Below are positions 23,299 through 37,200 of a DNA stretch of 64,000 nucleotides, one piece after another. Below the pieces are notes generated by a model. That model was not told the DNA's origin and searched no databases. It saw nothing but the letters and a program-made list of their open reading frames with translations. Origin of the DNA: Flectonema sp. DT1601. Its lineage: Eukaryota. The DNA is taken from assembly GCA_964019425.1 (NCBI GenBank), contig OZ025802.1:124001-188000 (forward strand), in the 5' to 3' direction. The translations under genes and the position numbers were made by a program. Position 1 is the stretch's first letter, and every line of letters begins with the position of its first letter.

Positions 23299-23931
23299 CT
23301 CTCCAAAGTACGCTGCACGCTTTTATGAGTCAACCTTACATCTCTCTTGCTGAGTGGGATGAAATAATAATAATAATGACGACAATATTAAAACCTGATC
23401 GCTGCTAGTCATAGAGTGGTCTAAGAGTTAATAATATTCTTTTTCCTTTTCTTTTCTTTTTTTTTTTTTTTTTTTTTTTTTGATAAAAGCAAAGGTTTTT
23501 ACTTTCATTTAAAAAAAAAAAAAATATATTATTTTAAAACAATCAAGAAAAGGGACAAAAAAAGGAGAACAAAAAAAAAAAAAAAAAAACCAGGGAGATA
23601 TCTCCTTGACTATAAACATCGTTCCTACTGTGTGACAACTAAAATAAGAAAAATAATTTTTTTACAGTTGATGACGCTGTTAGAATGAGAGGTTTTTCTC
23701 ATTTATCAAATAACGTAATAGAGAAGATATCCAAAACAAAACACATCGGGAAGATAACACCTCAAAAACGAAAACCATGAATTTGTGATTATAATGGGCA
23801 AACCATCGTTTACTACACAAAATAGTTTCAGAACAGGGCGTTTCTTACAAAATCAAAAAATGGCTTGGGAGGTTCCCCCAAATTTTACACAGGACGAAAC
23901 GAGATGCCCTTTCAGAGTTTATATAATTTTA

Positions 23932-26856
23932 TTATGGTTTCAAAGCAGCCATCCAGGTATCCCTGTCACTCTCACTTTTACAGCAAATGTGATGAACAGA
24001 ACCGCAGTGACTGATTACGAAAGTACTATTTCTCCATTCTCCTTTAGAATAGGATTCTTTTCCAATCAAAGCTTTAAGCTCAGCATCTGATGGGATGACT
24101 TCAGAGAAAGAGACAGACATATCGATTGCTGTTGATGAGCTTTCAATGGATTCTGTTAACTCTAAGTTAGAAGATCTGATGAAACCAACAACAGAACTAG
24201 ATCTGATTTGTTGGTATCCATTTTGAATATAAATACTAATTATCTTAACAACATCTGACTGGTCAACATAAGCTGGTGGTTCAATCCAAACATCTCCTTC
24301 ATCAAGAGGTTGCTTTCTAAGTCTCGTTCCATTTAATATCCGACCAACTAAAACATGTCTTTCCAACGTTCTATCAGCTCTTAGTAAGAATCTGTGAGGG
24401 TACCATTGACTACCAGCCTTTCTAAAGGCGACCATGTCAAGGATTACTTCTGCTTTTGGTTCATTCGGTGGGAGAGTACTCGACCTTGTCTTATCAGGTT
24501 GAGTGAACAGACCACCTCGATTATTAGGACTAACTCTACCTAATGGGTTTGGGTTAGCTTTATGTAAGTTGTCAGTGCTTTGACTACGTCTTGGTCCGTT
24601 CGGTGTTGTCGGTGGGAGTGACATAGCACTTCCTGGACGTGGAAGTGGCAGGTTCGGGGGTGGTACTGAAAACCGACCGCTGTTTCTTTTTTTACGATTT
24701 TCAGAAATAGTCTCCAGAGAACAATCACTCCGATCATAATTATCGAGAACTGAAGGAGTAGGATGACCTTCTATCTCTGGTGTGTCACGTGCTAGATGTG
24801 GTTTTTTAAACTCCTCCGGTAATTTCTCTAAAATACTTCCATTCTCACTGAAGTCTTCAAGAAGCCTATCAAGTGGAATACTAACACCAATGGGTAACTT
24901 GTTTGATGGGTCTACGTTATTTGCGGCCTCTCTCTCAAATAAGTCATACTGATCGTCGACATACTTTAGGGATTCTTCGCGAAAACGAAAGCAATTCTTT
25001 TTTTCAAATGTCATTGAAGTGTCTTCAGAAGGATGAGTAAAAAGTCCTCCCCTCATAAGAGCTGTGCCAACTTCGACAGCATTACTACTTCCTAAAGAAG
25101 GAAACAACTCACAAAGAGATGCTATGGCATCTTCACCTGTGAAGACTCCTTTGTATCGGGAGAGTCCTTGCCAAAAACTTTCTTTAATATATTTCTTATC
25201 AGATCGAGTGATTTCCTTTACAAAAACGATAGCGAGATTTCGAAGATGAACACATTCATGAATTGTCCTGGCGCGTTCAGATCCTGAAGAGCGTTGAAGA
25301 ACTTCAGTTGCTGGTGATGTTATTAAGTCTGTTGCAGCAAACACCCAACTGTCACCATCAGGAAATGAAACACAGACCGCTTCAGACGATACGTATTCTG
25401 TAACAAAACCTTCTCTATGATGGAACGTACCAAATGCAGTTACAAAAACTGTGTCTCCGATTTCGAAATTTGATCGATCCTTTGAGAGAGATTTTCTTTT
25501 AAAACCTAAACAATATTCTAAAGAAGCAAGTGTTGAACTACTCACCTTAAACAATTGATATGTACCATCAAAAGACACTTCTGAGTATCCAGCTATGGGA
25601 GAGATTAATCCCATTTTATGAAATAGTTCTCCGAAATCAATCGCGTCAGTCTCACTTAAGTTAGCCATAGTCATCGTTAGGTCTGTCACGGCGCTTCCAT
25701 CAAAGACGTCGGTGTATTGTTTCATAGCTAGAGTATGCTCTGATAGGAGGTGGCCTTTGATATATTTCATCATTAAGTATGAGAATTTAACTAAGTCGTA
25801 TTGGACGTCAACTATCTGAATAGTTTCCTGATTCAAGTCTTTGACTGTTCCGCATAATACTACTCTGACTTCCTCGGCAACCTTCGAAAAAGGACTCGCG
25901 ATAATCTCACTTTTCGGAGCTTCCTCCGTATCGATTCTCCCAGAAATTACATATCGGTCTCCCTTAATCTCTTTGAGGTAATATTCTTTAACCTTTCCTT
26001 TGTATGCCACGGTGTCTCCGATTTCGATGTTTTCTTTTTCAGGAGGATCCGCAAGACGTTCCTGACGTTTTTCCACTATCGCAGTAACATTCGCGTCTTT
26101 TAACTTATAAAGTTTTTCACCAACATGTTCGATGATTGCAGTTTTTTGAAGGAATTTTAATAAATCTGATGCAGACAAGGAACTAATATTTGACGACAAC
26201 CATTCAGAAACCTCATCGTGTGTGAAAACAGATTTATAAGTTTTTAAATTAATCCTTCTGTCCTTTAAATAAGAATCACTTATACCAGTTGCGATGAGAT
26301 ATGAGATTTCTTGAACGTGTTGAGACATGTAGGCAGTTTTATCATATTTATGATCAAAGAATGAAATACTTGGTGTTAGAGGTGGTGTCATTGGAGGGGT
26401 TGCTGTGCATCCTGATGGTTGGTTTAAGACACCGCTTAGAACACGTTTTTGATTTGTGTTTAGAATTTTTGGTAGCAAATGAAGCATAGCTGATTGAAAA
26501 CCTTGGTAGTATCTGCTATAAACTCCCTGACGGCAATCCATTTCATCCATCTGTAGTAAGAATAGGTCTTCGTCAAAGCTACAACACCATCGGCATTGTC
26601 TAACGACCGCATTTCCGTATCCAAATGTTGGATGGAGAGCTTTCCTAGCACTGCTGCAGGCTGAGCAAAATATATTACCACACCTCCTACAGTGATGCCT
26701 TCTGGTAGTTATTGTGAATCTCTTTTTACAACCCACACATAGTCGAGTAGTGTTGTCAGGTTTCCAATCAGGTTTCCTGCTTTGTCGGGCAGCCTTCTTT
26801 CGTATCGACGGACTGGCATGTAGCCCCATCGATACTGGGGTGTACATCAAGCTCAT
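23932..26856 (-). CDS. FYVE + three DEP domains + C-terminal PH protein
   Basis: FYVE WKPD..CVGC..RRHHCRRCG..C..C..C..C. DEP starts at KTYKSVF, KQYTDVFDG and RYKGVFTGEDA. PH end ICCKSESDRDTWMAAL. Confidence 0.85.
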   Translation of the reverse strand: MSLMYTPVSMGLHASPSIRKKAARQSRKPDWKPDNTTRLCVGCKKRFTITTRRHHCRRCGNIFCSACSSARKALHPTFGYGNAVVRQCRWCCSFDEDLFLLQMDEMDCRQGVYSRYYQGFQSAMLHLLPKILNTNQKRVLSGVLNQPSGCTATPPMTPPLTPSISFFDHKYDKTAYMSQHVQEISYLIATGISDSYLKDRRINLKTYKSVFTHDEVSEWLSSNISSLSASDLLKFLQKTAIIEHVGEKLYKLKDANVTAIVEKRQERLADPPEKENIEIGDTVAYKGKVKEYYLKEIKGDRYVISGRIDTEEAPKSEIIASPFSKVAEEVRVVLCGTVKDLNQETIQIVDVQYDLVKFSYLMMKYIKGHLLSEHTLAMKQYTDVFDGSAVTDLTMTMANLSETDAIDFGELFHKMGLISPIAGYSEVSFDGTYQLFKVSSSTLASLEYCLGFKRKSLSKDRSNFEIGDTVFVTAFGTFHHREGFVTEYVSSEAVCVSFPDGDSWVFAATDLITSPATEVLQRSSGSERARTIHECVHLRNLAIVFVKEITRSDKKYIKESFWQGLSRYKGVFTGEDAIASLCELFPSLGSSNAVEVGTALMRGGLFTHPSEDTSMTFEKKNCFRFREESLKYVDDQYDLFEREAANNVDPSNKLPIGVSIPLDRLLEDFSENGSILEKLPEEFKKPHLARDTPEIEGHPTPSVLDNYDRSDCSLETISENRKKRNSGRFSVPPPNLPLPRPGSAMSLPPTTPNGPRRSQSTDNLHKANPNPLGRVSPNNRGGLFTQPDKTRSSTLPPNEPKAEVILDMVAFRKAGSQWYPHRFLLRADRTLERHVLVGRILNGTRLRKQPLDEGDVWIEPPAYVDQSDVVKIISIYIQNGYQQIRSSSVVGFIRSSNLELTESIESSSTAIDMSVSFSEVIPSDAELKALIGKESYSKGEWRNSTFVISHCGSVHHICCKSESDRDTWMAALKP

Positions 26857-26987
26857 TGAAGTGTTGTACTCTCACTGCTGTGAAGATAAATTATTGAAAA
26901 TAAATAATGAGAACAATTCGTAACTCAATATGCCCTTTATTGGCTAACAAATAAAAACTAATTCGATTCAAATCTAATGGATGTGTT

Positions 26988-27977
26988 CTACTGGATGTGT
27001 TCCAGTAGTAATTTCCACATTAGATCGTTTTGTGATGGTTTTCGTGAGTATCCAGATAACCCTGGGGGTTTGTTTGGATACAATGCCAATCGTTCTGAGT
27101 CAATCATGGAAGCGATTGTTCGTTTCTCTGTTGTTATGATTTTGTAGAGCGCCTCTGCTTCACCGTATTCGATATAATGAAACGACACGGTGTTTGGAGA
27201 ACAACAATCAAGCCCTTCAGTAATATTATACCAGGGAGTGTATTCCTTATACCACTGGTCAACTAATCCAGTTATCTGACGCTTTGGTCCGTAGGCGTGA
27301 AACCTGTCTCGTTGTTTTGAATCACGAGTGTCGATAATTGAACTTTTATTATAATTATGTAAACAGCTCGACATCGCTATGTCACCTGCTTCTTTTCGAT
27401 ACCAACCTTGACCATAACACCAATTTTTCATTAAAAAATTTATTGCTGATCTGCTGACAGCATAACCAGCACCTCCTGAGCAGAATATTTCACCCTTTCC
27501 ACCTAATTGGAGTCTCCTTCCGAGTAGTTCAGGGTAATCTGATTGACGAGTTGATAAATACTGAATCATGTTATTTCTAAGTATGTATGTTAAATCGTCA
27601 GCTTTTACCCAGTAATGCATGTTTGGAAACCTTTTCAATGATTCTTCAATACAATGTTTAATAACATCGGTACTTCCTTGGTGTTTATCTTTTAACTCGT
27701 CGGGGAGTATAATTTCAAACCCGATGTTCAAAACATGAAAATTATCATTTCGTTGTTCACCCCAAGTCTTTTTTATAATTTCAATTCTCTTTGAGTTCCT
27801 ATCTCTATCAACAGTAGAAGGAAATACCACCACTACAATTATTGGATTTTTTTTGATGTCGTCAGTCACTTCGATGGCAGCTTCTGGTCTGCCGCCATCA
27901 GGTGAGGTTCTCATTCCACAATACAGTAAGATGCTGAATAACCAAAACCCAATGATTAATCCGCACCTGTTTGACAT
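26988..27977 (-). CDS. GT31 beta-1,3-galactosyltransferase, C1GALT1-like type II membrane protein
   Basis: N-terminal TM; IKKTWG, WVKADDLTY, SGGAGYAVSR, DTRD..RFH, CCS..VSFHY. Confidence 0.88.
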   Translation of the reverse strand: MSNRCGLIIGFWLFSILLYCGMRTSPDGGRPEAAIEVTDDIKKNPIIVVVVFPSTVDRDRNSKRIEIIKKTWGEQRNDNFHVLNIGFEIILPDELKDKHQGSTDVIKHCIEESLKRFPNMHYWVKADDLTYILRNNMIQYLSTRQSDYPELLGRRLQLGGKGEIFCSGGAGYAVSRSAINFLMKNWCYGQGWYRKEAGDIAMSSCLHNYNKSSIIDTRDSKQRDRFHAYGPKRQITGLVDQWYKEYTPWYNITEGLDCCSPNTVSFHYIEYGEAEALYKIITTEKRTIASMIDSERLALYPNKPPGLSGYSRKPSQNDLMWKLLLEHIQ

Positions 27978-28292
27978 TTATCTCACTTTTAGTCTTTTAG
28001 TACTAATTTATATTATTCTTTTTGTTTCCCTGTTAAAACAGTTGAAAAAGGGGTTTTTTTTTTTTTTGACATTTTCTCAAACAATAACAAAAAAAAAAAA
28101 TTGAAAACAACAACAAACGATGCAACGAAATTTCAAATTGTGGCAGACCCCTCCGTGTAAATCTAATACGAAACTAGTCAACTGGAATATGGTAAAGTTT
28201 CTTCTCAATATCTGATTGGAAGCAGAAAGAAGAAAAAAAAAAGAGGGTAAAAAAAACTAAAAAAAAAACTAACACATGACATGTAGATATTA

Positions 28293-31200
28293 TTATCTGT
28301 TTTCTAATGTGCTGGGTCTCGTCCATCTTCGCCTTCTCAAAGTTCCGAAAAGTGACGGAGATGAATCCCACTGTTGAGAGTTGCTGACGTATTGCCAACC
28401 ATCAGGATCTGTGTTTGTTTTATCAAGACACCATTCAGATACCCATTTCCAACCATATGAAGGAGGATGGTTATCTTTGGTACGATAGTTTGATAAGTCA
28501 GCACCACTGCGAGAACACCATCGAGACTGAAGAGCTGAAGACTTCCATGAGGTGAGTATCGAAGATTGATGTTCGAATATCTCAACTATTCTGTACTCTG
28601 ATTGAGGACATGAAGGAATTCTATTTATGATCGTTGATTTAAATACCGACAGTTTATCAGCCTTCACTTCTGATAGTGATTTATATTTTCGAGTGTATTT
28701 CACGTATGCTTTTGAATGATGTTCTTCGTTTTCGATTCTCCATCTTGAACACCAAACAACACCTAGTGGGAGATTAGCTATTGGTCTCTCTCTCTCTTCA
28801 ATTTGAAGTTTTTCTGATAGAATCGAAATCTCACCTCTTCCACCCATGCTCAACTGTCCTGCTGTTAAAACCGATCGTAAAATATCAAGTAAACATAACT
28901 GCTCAACTTTGTTTGTTATATGAATATGTTTATCACCATTGGTTATTTGGTGTAGTTCGAATCCCTGATCAGTCATTTTTATCGTCGAGATGGATTTATA
29001 GTCTACCACCCAAACAGTATTCCAACTACCAGAAACACAAAACAGGAATCTGTTTGAGAACAGATAACGATATATATTTGATTCACATGTTGTAATGAAT
29101 AACAAACAATGGTGGACGTCACGAACATACGATTGGATCGCCGCATATGCGAGACTTGTGTTTAAATTATAACCACAAACTATTCCATTAACAAGAGCAA
29201 GAGGTAGACTTCGATGTCCTGAAGGTATATTGTGCTCTGATACATCATTCGTGACTGTGTGAAAATGAAGAGTCTCAGCGACTGATGCTAATCCATCTAA
29301 CGTTCCTGTTATTATTTTTATTGGAGCTGACACAAAGCCATGAACACTTCCTGTAACTAGACCAGGAAGTCCACTCTGTTGGTAACCAGCGTATGGTGTT
29401 CGTAAACACCCTCTGCAACCTTCAGTGATTCCAGTCGATATTGCTGATGTAGTTTTGGACAGAGCGTTATTACTGTTGTGTGAATCAGAGCATTTCGATA
29501 GTCTTTCTCTACGAAGTTGTTGGTATTCAGAATCGAGTGTCAGAGCTGCTGTTGCTGCACCAAAACCCTTTGCGAGTTGCCATATCGAATTTGAAGTTCC
29601 AGCAATCGCATTTCCGCTTATCGATCGAAGCCCCAAATGAACACCCGAAGCGAACTCGGGTATGCTACCACTACTACTAATTGGATCAGCTAAATCAGAT
29701 ATCCCCTGTGATAATCTATCTAAGAGGTAGGCAGGTGATCCCGTTATATTAAGTGATGCAGCTGAACGAATATAAACAGCAGACGTACTAAGTAAGTTAC
29801 TGCAAACATTCACATAATGATTCCTTAGTAGAAATATAACTTCAGTACTTGACTGATGAATACCAGTAAAGTAACATTTTGGAATATCAAACCTGACTCT
29901 ATCAACTGATGACAATGAAGTTAATAAAGAACTTCTCGCGACAGCACTCGAAGAGTCTAACGAGAAGTAAGTTGTTATCACTGGCGTTGATACTTCGTGT
30001 ATTATGATTTCTCTGTTTTGATTATTCTTATCTTTAGATACCATCTTTTCAATTGCTTGTTTTAGAAGCTCAATAAACTTCACAGACACAGACACAGACA
30101 TAATTATTGATTCTTGATCTTTTTGAGAATGACTTACACTAATTCTTTGTATCTTATTACGCGTAGTGTTAAAGCTACAAACAGAACAGGTAGCGTTTGA
30201 GAGAGTCGCGACAGGTTGATTAAACCCATCACCATTGTGCATAGAAGCTATTACTAACTGTTTAATACCAAGGGTGATATTGAATAGTAGATCTCCTTCT
30301 GATTTCCATAACATTATATCAAAGAGAGGTGAACCAGTAACCCAAATATGTAGTAGTTCAGTATCAGACATTAGGTGTATATCTGCCGCAGTTGTTACCA
30401 TAATATTGACGTAGTAGTCTTTCTCATTCTCACAAAGTTCTGTACCGTAATGAACCGTTATAGTACAACCACTATTAGCGACTGAGTAATACATTTTTTT
30501 GTTATTTTCATCTTGTTCGATTCCCGGTGAGGGAATATTTTTGAGTAGAGTGTTTTTAACGTCTTTGCAAAGACTTACCTTCATTTGTTCGATAACTATA
30601 AAATCTTGTAATGGGGACTGAGGAACGGTCGATATCTTTGAAAAAGGAGGAATAGAAGACTCACCATCGCAGATTGATAACTCATGAAAGGTATTATTAA
30701 TAATAAGAGTTGGAGTCACACACGTGAAAACCATATCGTCATCAGGTCCTGAGATAGTGTACGCTTCACCATCAACAGTTTTATAAAACACGGATCTATC
30801 GAATTGGTGAGGTAGTTCTTTTACTGAATTCGAATCGATTTCTCCAATTCGAAATGACAAGTCGTTTCTAATAATATATTTCGGTCTTATCTCAAAGCGA
30901 ATAGTATCAAATGATGTGTTTGTTTCGGTTAAGTGCGCTCGATCAAAACACGATGTCGTTGAAAACAATTCTCGTAATTGAAAACTACTAAAATCAACAA
31001 TGCAAGACTCTCCAGGATCAATCTCGTAGAATGGAAAACAGACCGAAGCTGATGTTTTATTAACAATTTCAGTACCAAAGAAACTGCAAGAAAGACCTTT
31101 TCGATTTTTTTGTAATGACATAACCAATTTTTTTATTGACTTGCTGCTGTCTTTCATTAGAATACAAGATATTTCTGGTTCAGTACAACTAGTGTTATTA

Positions 31201-34200
31201 TGCAGTAAGAGAGCTTCGGTAGACAGGAGCGGCATACTACCGCCCAGACCACCGTATCGAATGGTTGCTTCTTGAGCCACTCTCACATCAAAATAAAAAA
31301 CAGCGACATCTTCACCAGGAGGTACCTTAATTGCCTTATGTTCACAATTGTCAAACACCAATGAAATACCAGAACACAAGTTATTTATTATAATCAGTGG
31401 CGGACATAAGTCGAGCACCACTTGCCCAGAAGCCTTTGATACCAATAAGTACTGAAGGTATACTGGTAGTGTAGTCGATTGTTGATTCCCTATTGGAATA
31501 CATCCATGGCATTGATTCTCAAAAGTTATTTTTTCTCGAATTTCAATGTCCTCCTCTCTGATTGATATTTTCAAATAGTCTGGTTTTTCACTTAGTCCAT
31601 AAAAAGTTTTATCATCTCTCAACAGTTTCAGTTGTTTTCTTGTTACTGTTGTTCCCACAACAGACGCGATCCATAAGAAATCAATTTGGAGTATTTTAAA
31701 TACGTCGGATGAAATAGTAATTGCGTACGGATGTTCAATCTCTATTTTAGCAACAGATGGCTCAGACATCTCTACAGTAATGTGAACGAATATCGGTTTG
31801 TATTTCAGTCGGTTTCGAAAATGTCTCTTCGCCTCGTGTTCAACTGGGATTTCAAGTAGACTTCGATAACCACCAGTAAGAGGTATCGAAAAGCTCCAAT
31901 CTGTGAACACTAAATCAACGTAATTTGTGGTGGTTGTGAATGTTATTAGTTGGTCACCACCACTCTCAATTCCATTTTCAAATTCTAACTTCACACCACA
32001 AAAGTTACTAACAATAACTGTTGTTTCCTTACAATCCAAATCATTAATACCAACATCTGATAAAGTTTCCAACAACGGTTCACTGATGTAGAAATCACAC
32101 TTTCTACTACTTAAAGTTATTAATGAATGACTGTCGTAATTAATACCTGAGATAGTCCAACTCTGTAGTGGGATCACTTGATGTCGATGTAGTTTAATTT
32201 GGTAAGTCAAAGCACCTGTTAGTCTCATTTCATTATTGCTACAACGGTCAGAGGTGACATCAATCCACGAAAGTTCTGTCAGCGTCAGTGACAGCCTTCG
32301 TTTGTTTAGTAAAGAGATTCTTATCTCTTGGGCTTCTACAGTGATTTTCAAACTCTTGATTTGATCTGAAACTTTCATTGTGATTGTAATATTTTTTAAA
32401 GACGTGAGAGTATCAGATTTGATACAACCTATTCGAGAACTGAGTGACCAAACACATTTAGAATTCAACTGCGGTAATGACTTTATCTCTTCTTTGTTTG
32501 GTTTGTTGTTATCTCCAACAAACACCATTTTCCCTCCTCCTCTAATTTCAGGTGCAAACCCTCTGAAACACTGTTCGTTGTCAATTTGTAGTACGCAACC
32601 ATCGTTGATGTGAACCACCGCCCCTTCCAAAGATATTATAACAAAAAGTCCACAACTCAACAACACTGATCGACTGCAAACAATATGATGTCGTTTTGTT
32701 AAAATTAAATCCTTTGACAGCGAGACAGATTTGTCTATAAAAAAAGGAATCCATCCGGAATCGAACCGAGACGACTCCCGTCTGACTATACGGATGCAAT
32801 TAAAGTTCGATGATACGGTAGTTGTTGGGCAACTTATGACTAATGGTAAATTGCGTTTTTCGAAGGTGTGAAACAACCAAGAATGAAATGTGAGAGAGAG
32901 CAGCTTGATGTCGTATTCCATCTCTCGAGATTTCGTAGTGACTGGTGTAGAAGGTGAAGAAGTTGTTATTATTTTATCCTTTTTGATAATACCCCCTGAC
33001 AACTGACTCAGTATTTCACTACATGTGACCAACCTTTGCACAGCGAACACCAAACTATAAACCCGCACCCTAGGCCACCGAAAAGCACCTTTCCAAGAGT
33101 CAAGATCGATTCCGACTCTCAAATCATCCCGAGAGATGATCACTCCAGTGTTAGGCGACAGGTTAGATTCCCAAATAATTGAAGTTTTCGTAATGGATAA
33201 GGTACCCGGAGCATTTTCTAATGCAGGCTGATGAGTGCAATAAGCAGAAACAGAATAAAGCATTACAGATGAATGCAAGGCGGTGTTAATGTCTGTAGAC
33301 AGTATGATTTTATCAGAAGGCTTTTCAATCGGTACAGTCACGGGATAAATAGATTTGTTAAGAGTGTCACAGTATGAGAATGATGTGGAGATACCTTCAG
33401 ACTCAACACTGCAACTGTCAAGTGTTGCAGTGTAGACCTTTCCATAACAATAACCCTTTAACATAAGAGTTTCTATATTGACTTCAATATCAGAGCGGTT
33501 GGTGTGTGTTGTTCTTACAGTTATACTTTGAGCTTCTATTTTTGTATTAATCTTTTCACACTCACCTATTACAAATCCTTTAATCACGATTTGAGCTTCA
33601 TCTCCATTTGGAAGTAAAATATGAATCTCAGGAAGCTTTGAAATCGCCACCAATGTTTTAAGTCTTTGCGTAACTAATTGAAGAAGCTGACTTGGATTGC
33701 CGTCGTGTTTCTTATTATTATTATAAAAACCTCTCAAGTTAACTCTCACAGTATCATTTCTATTTGGGTAAACAGACACATCAAAACCATTCTTCCAATT
33801 ACCTTTGACGTGGATACCACCAAGTGAAGCGATACCTCTACTTGTTATGTGATTCACAGATATGGACTCTGTTGTTAATGAAATCAACTCTTCAAGTCCC
33901 TGAGTTGTTTCAGATTGTTGCTGTTTACCAGCTGCTATAGATATGCCCTTGACGATTGCTATGATTTTTATTGTTTGGATAACAACTTTACAGGTACCGA
34001 CATCAATAGAAATGGTAGTCATCGTGTCTGCTGTAGTGTTGAGTGACCTCGTTCTAATTCGAGTAGTCGTATCGAGCTTTGAGTCTTTTATGATGTTTAA
34101 GAGCATTCCGGAAATGTGTGTCTTAACAGTTTGAAATAACAATAAAACTTTTGATAGGAATTCTTCTGTAACAACAACACTGATGTCTCCGATTGAAGCT

Positions 34201-37200
34201 GTTGAGGATCTAACATCTCTGCAATATTCACCTGTCGTAGGTGATACCGACAATATCACTTTTTTTCCCATCTCAATTCTACATATCTCACTGTGGTAGA
34301 AGCATTTCATAACAACATCTTTCCATTGAACTATTAATTTCAATTCAGGTGACGCGACCAATTCGATGTCTGAAATACATACAAGTATTCCCTTTGCAAC
34401 TACTGATATACTTTTCATTTTATCAGATGTGTTTTTCAAAACACAACCATCTCGGTATGGAGCGTATTTATTGCAAATTAACGATAACAGCGTTGGTGTT
34501 TTAATCTCATCCAGCATGACTGTGAAATTCGTTATATCGATATTTATATTATGAGTTTCATGTGTGTTTTCTATGATGAGACTGGCTGCTGTGCACCAAA
34601 TGAAGTTATTTATACCAACTGTGTCCGTTGTTGTTATCGTTAATTTATTTTCAAAAGTGTTGGTGGTTGGATTTAATTTTGATTTTATAGTTGACGTGAT
34701 ATCGCTGTTTGATTTGAATGTGTGAGGGTGTCCAGTAGTGTTAAGAATCTCAATAAAAGATGAAATCGGTTTTATAACAACCAACACTGAGAAATCATCA
34801 GTTTCAACGTCTGTGTTTATTTCAATACTTTCACAACAAAGGTTCGAATCAAAACACGAAATTGAAATTGAATCGATCGTTGCTTTAATCAAACCAGACG
34901 TCATTTTTGATGAACATTCAACCAAACATTTCACCGATTTAATATTTCCTTTTATAAGAACGGGATCTTCACAACGTGTTACAATGCCACCAGTATTAAT
35001 AATACCATGAAAGTTACCATTGTCATCTTGGTTAATATCTCCTGATATTTCATTGAAGAGGACGGCATCGACAATGTATTCGAATGATGAGTGAAAACAG
35101 ACTCTCGTCATCAACATTTCACAATTAATTAATTCAGATAAGACATCATAAGCTGATACTGTTATAGTCTCTGATGTGACGTAACTTAAATTAGATTCGT
35201 TTGATAATTTGAAATCACTTATTATGATTTTTATATTTCCCAAATCGACATTGATTCCAACAAGTTGAACGTTTCCCGTAGTAACTGTCACAGAATTAAT
35301 TTGAGATGTGCTTGAAAAACATGTTACTGTCGCTGTATTCTTTTCAACGTCAACTGAGACTTTTGGTAACTCAATTTCAGAATGATTTATTTTTATATTA
35401 CACTGCGTTAATAAACAACAGAGGTTTCTGTTGTCAGATGCAAGATTGCTTCCCTTCAAAGAAATTCTTTCACCCATAATTGATATTTCAGGAAGTTCGA
35501 TGTGAATACCCAACGCAGACAATTGTAAGCTTTTGGTATGTGTGTTGATTTTAGCTACTGGACTGTTCGTTGATAGTATTCCTAGTAGAGAAGTGACTCG
35601 TTGGATTCGAAAGTTTAGAGTTATGAATGGCGGAGGTTTAGTATTTCGGTTATAAATAAATCTGTCTAAAAGTTCATGACAATCAATCTGTTCACCTGAT
35701 ATTTCAGTAGCATTGAATTTAACTTGTCGGATTGAAGCTGTTCTAATATTCTTGATGCTTATAAAAACATTATTAGCTATCTGTTTAACATGAATTGGTA
35801 ACGACGACGACTTTATAACTGCCATCTCATCAAATACAATAAATGCTATCGTCTTGTTGATTATTTCAAAGCTTCTCTTTCTATTACATGATTTCCAGTT
35901 GCTAACTAAATCATGTTGTTGGTTAGGATTAATTGAGGGTGATGTATTCTTATTTTGTTCTTTCATTCTGTCTTTCCATTTGTTAGGTAAAACCTTTTTA
36001 ACGTCATTCCAGTGATCCTTTAGTTTGTTTCGTTTGTTTATTATTCCTTGAAAAGTACGTTGAGCTCTACCTTGTTTATCATCGGTAATACTGCTGGTTG
36101 ATTCCGCTGTTGGAGAACTGATGGAAGAAACTTCTTGTTCTGGTGTTTCCTCTTCATCTAATGAAGTAATTTTATCAGAATTAGATTTGCAATCACTTTG
36201 ATCCATTTCTAGTGTTGAAGATATGACATCATCAGTTCTAGTACTCGGATTCCAACTACCATCATCAAAATGAACAATTCCAGACACAATTATTGAACTT
36301 CGATGCCAACATGAAAGTTGTCTCAGAATCGATTCTGACGATGTTTTAATTTGAAATCCTGGAAGTTCTGGTAACGGGTTCACAACATCAATAAAACACA
36401 ACAAATCAACTACTGATAATAACGTACGAACTCGACAATCCTTTACAACTACTGAATAGTCAGGTGTTAGTTTCTCTTCTCTATTTCCATAAGGCACATC
36501 AACAGTTGCTTCAACACCTTCGACAGATACTAGAGTAGTGTTTGTGATCTTATTCATTATCACTACATTCTGCATGTAGAATTCCAAAGATATTATTTCT
36601 GTCGTAGATGAGAGTAGTTTTATCTCAATGGATGAAACATGAATGTGATTATGTTCGAATCCCTCTCCGGAAACAATTAATGAAGGAATCCTTACAGAAA
36701 GTGACATCTCATTTGAAACTATGTCACTAGCTGAAGGGTTTAGTATTATTTTATAAATTGCTCTAATCCATCTTTTGCGAAGACTACGTCGTTGGGATAC
36801 TGATTTTCTTATTGTTGAAATGCTATCAACCCATCGTTGATGAGGACTTCGAATTTTTGATTCCATCGGCTGGAATGTTGTATCTGATGATTTACTTGTT
36901 ATAAATGAACATTTCCATTTCAACCAATAACGTATCCTCCATCTGTGTAATAATATTCTCAAACGGAACAGTTGCTCTGTTGATGATCGATTTCGAGAGA
37001 TTTTGATAATCTGAACAACAGATTTACATGCATACTTCCAATAATCACGAGAACTCCATAACCTTGGTCTTAGATAAGTAAATCGAGACTTGTGAGGGAA
37101 CTCTATGACAGACAAGACTAAGTCAATTACGTTTTCTAAAACAGTTTTTGATTCAATTTGTAATGGTGAACACTCTAATCCAACTGAACCAAATCCTTCC

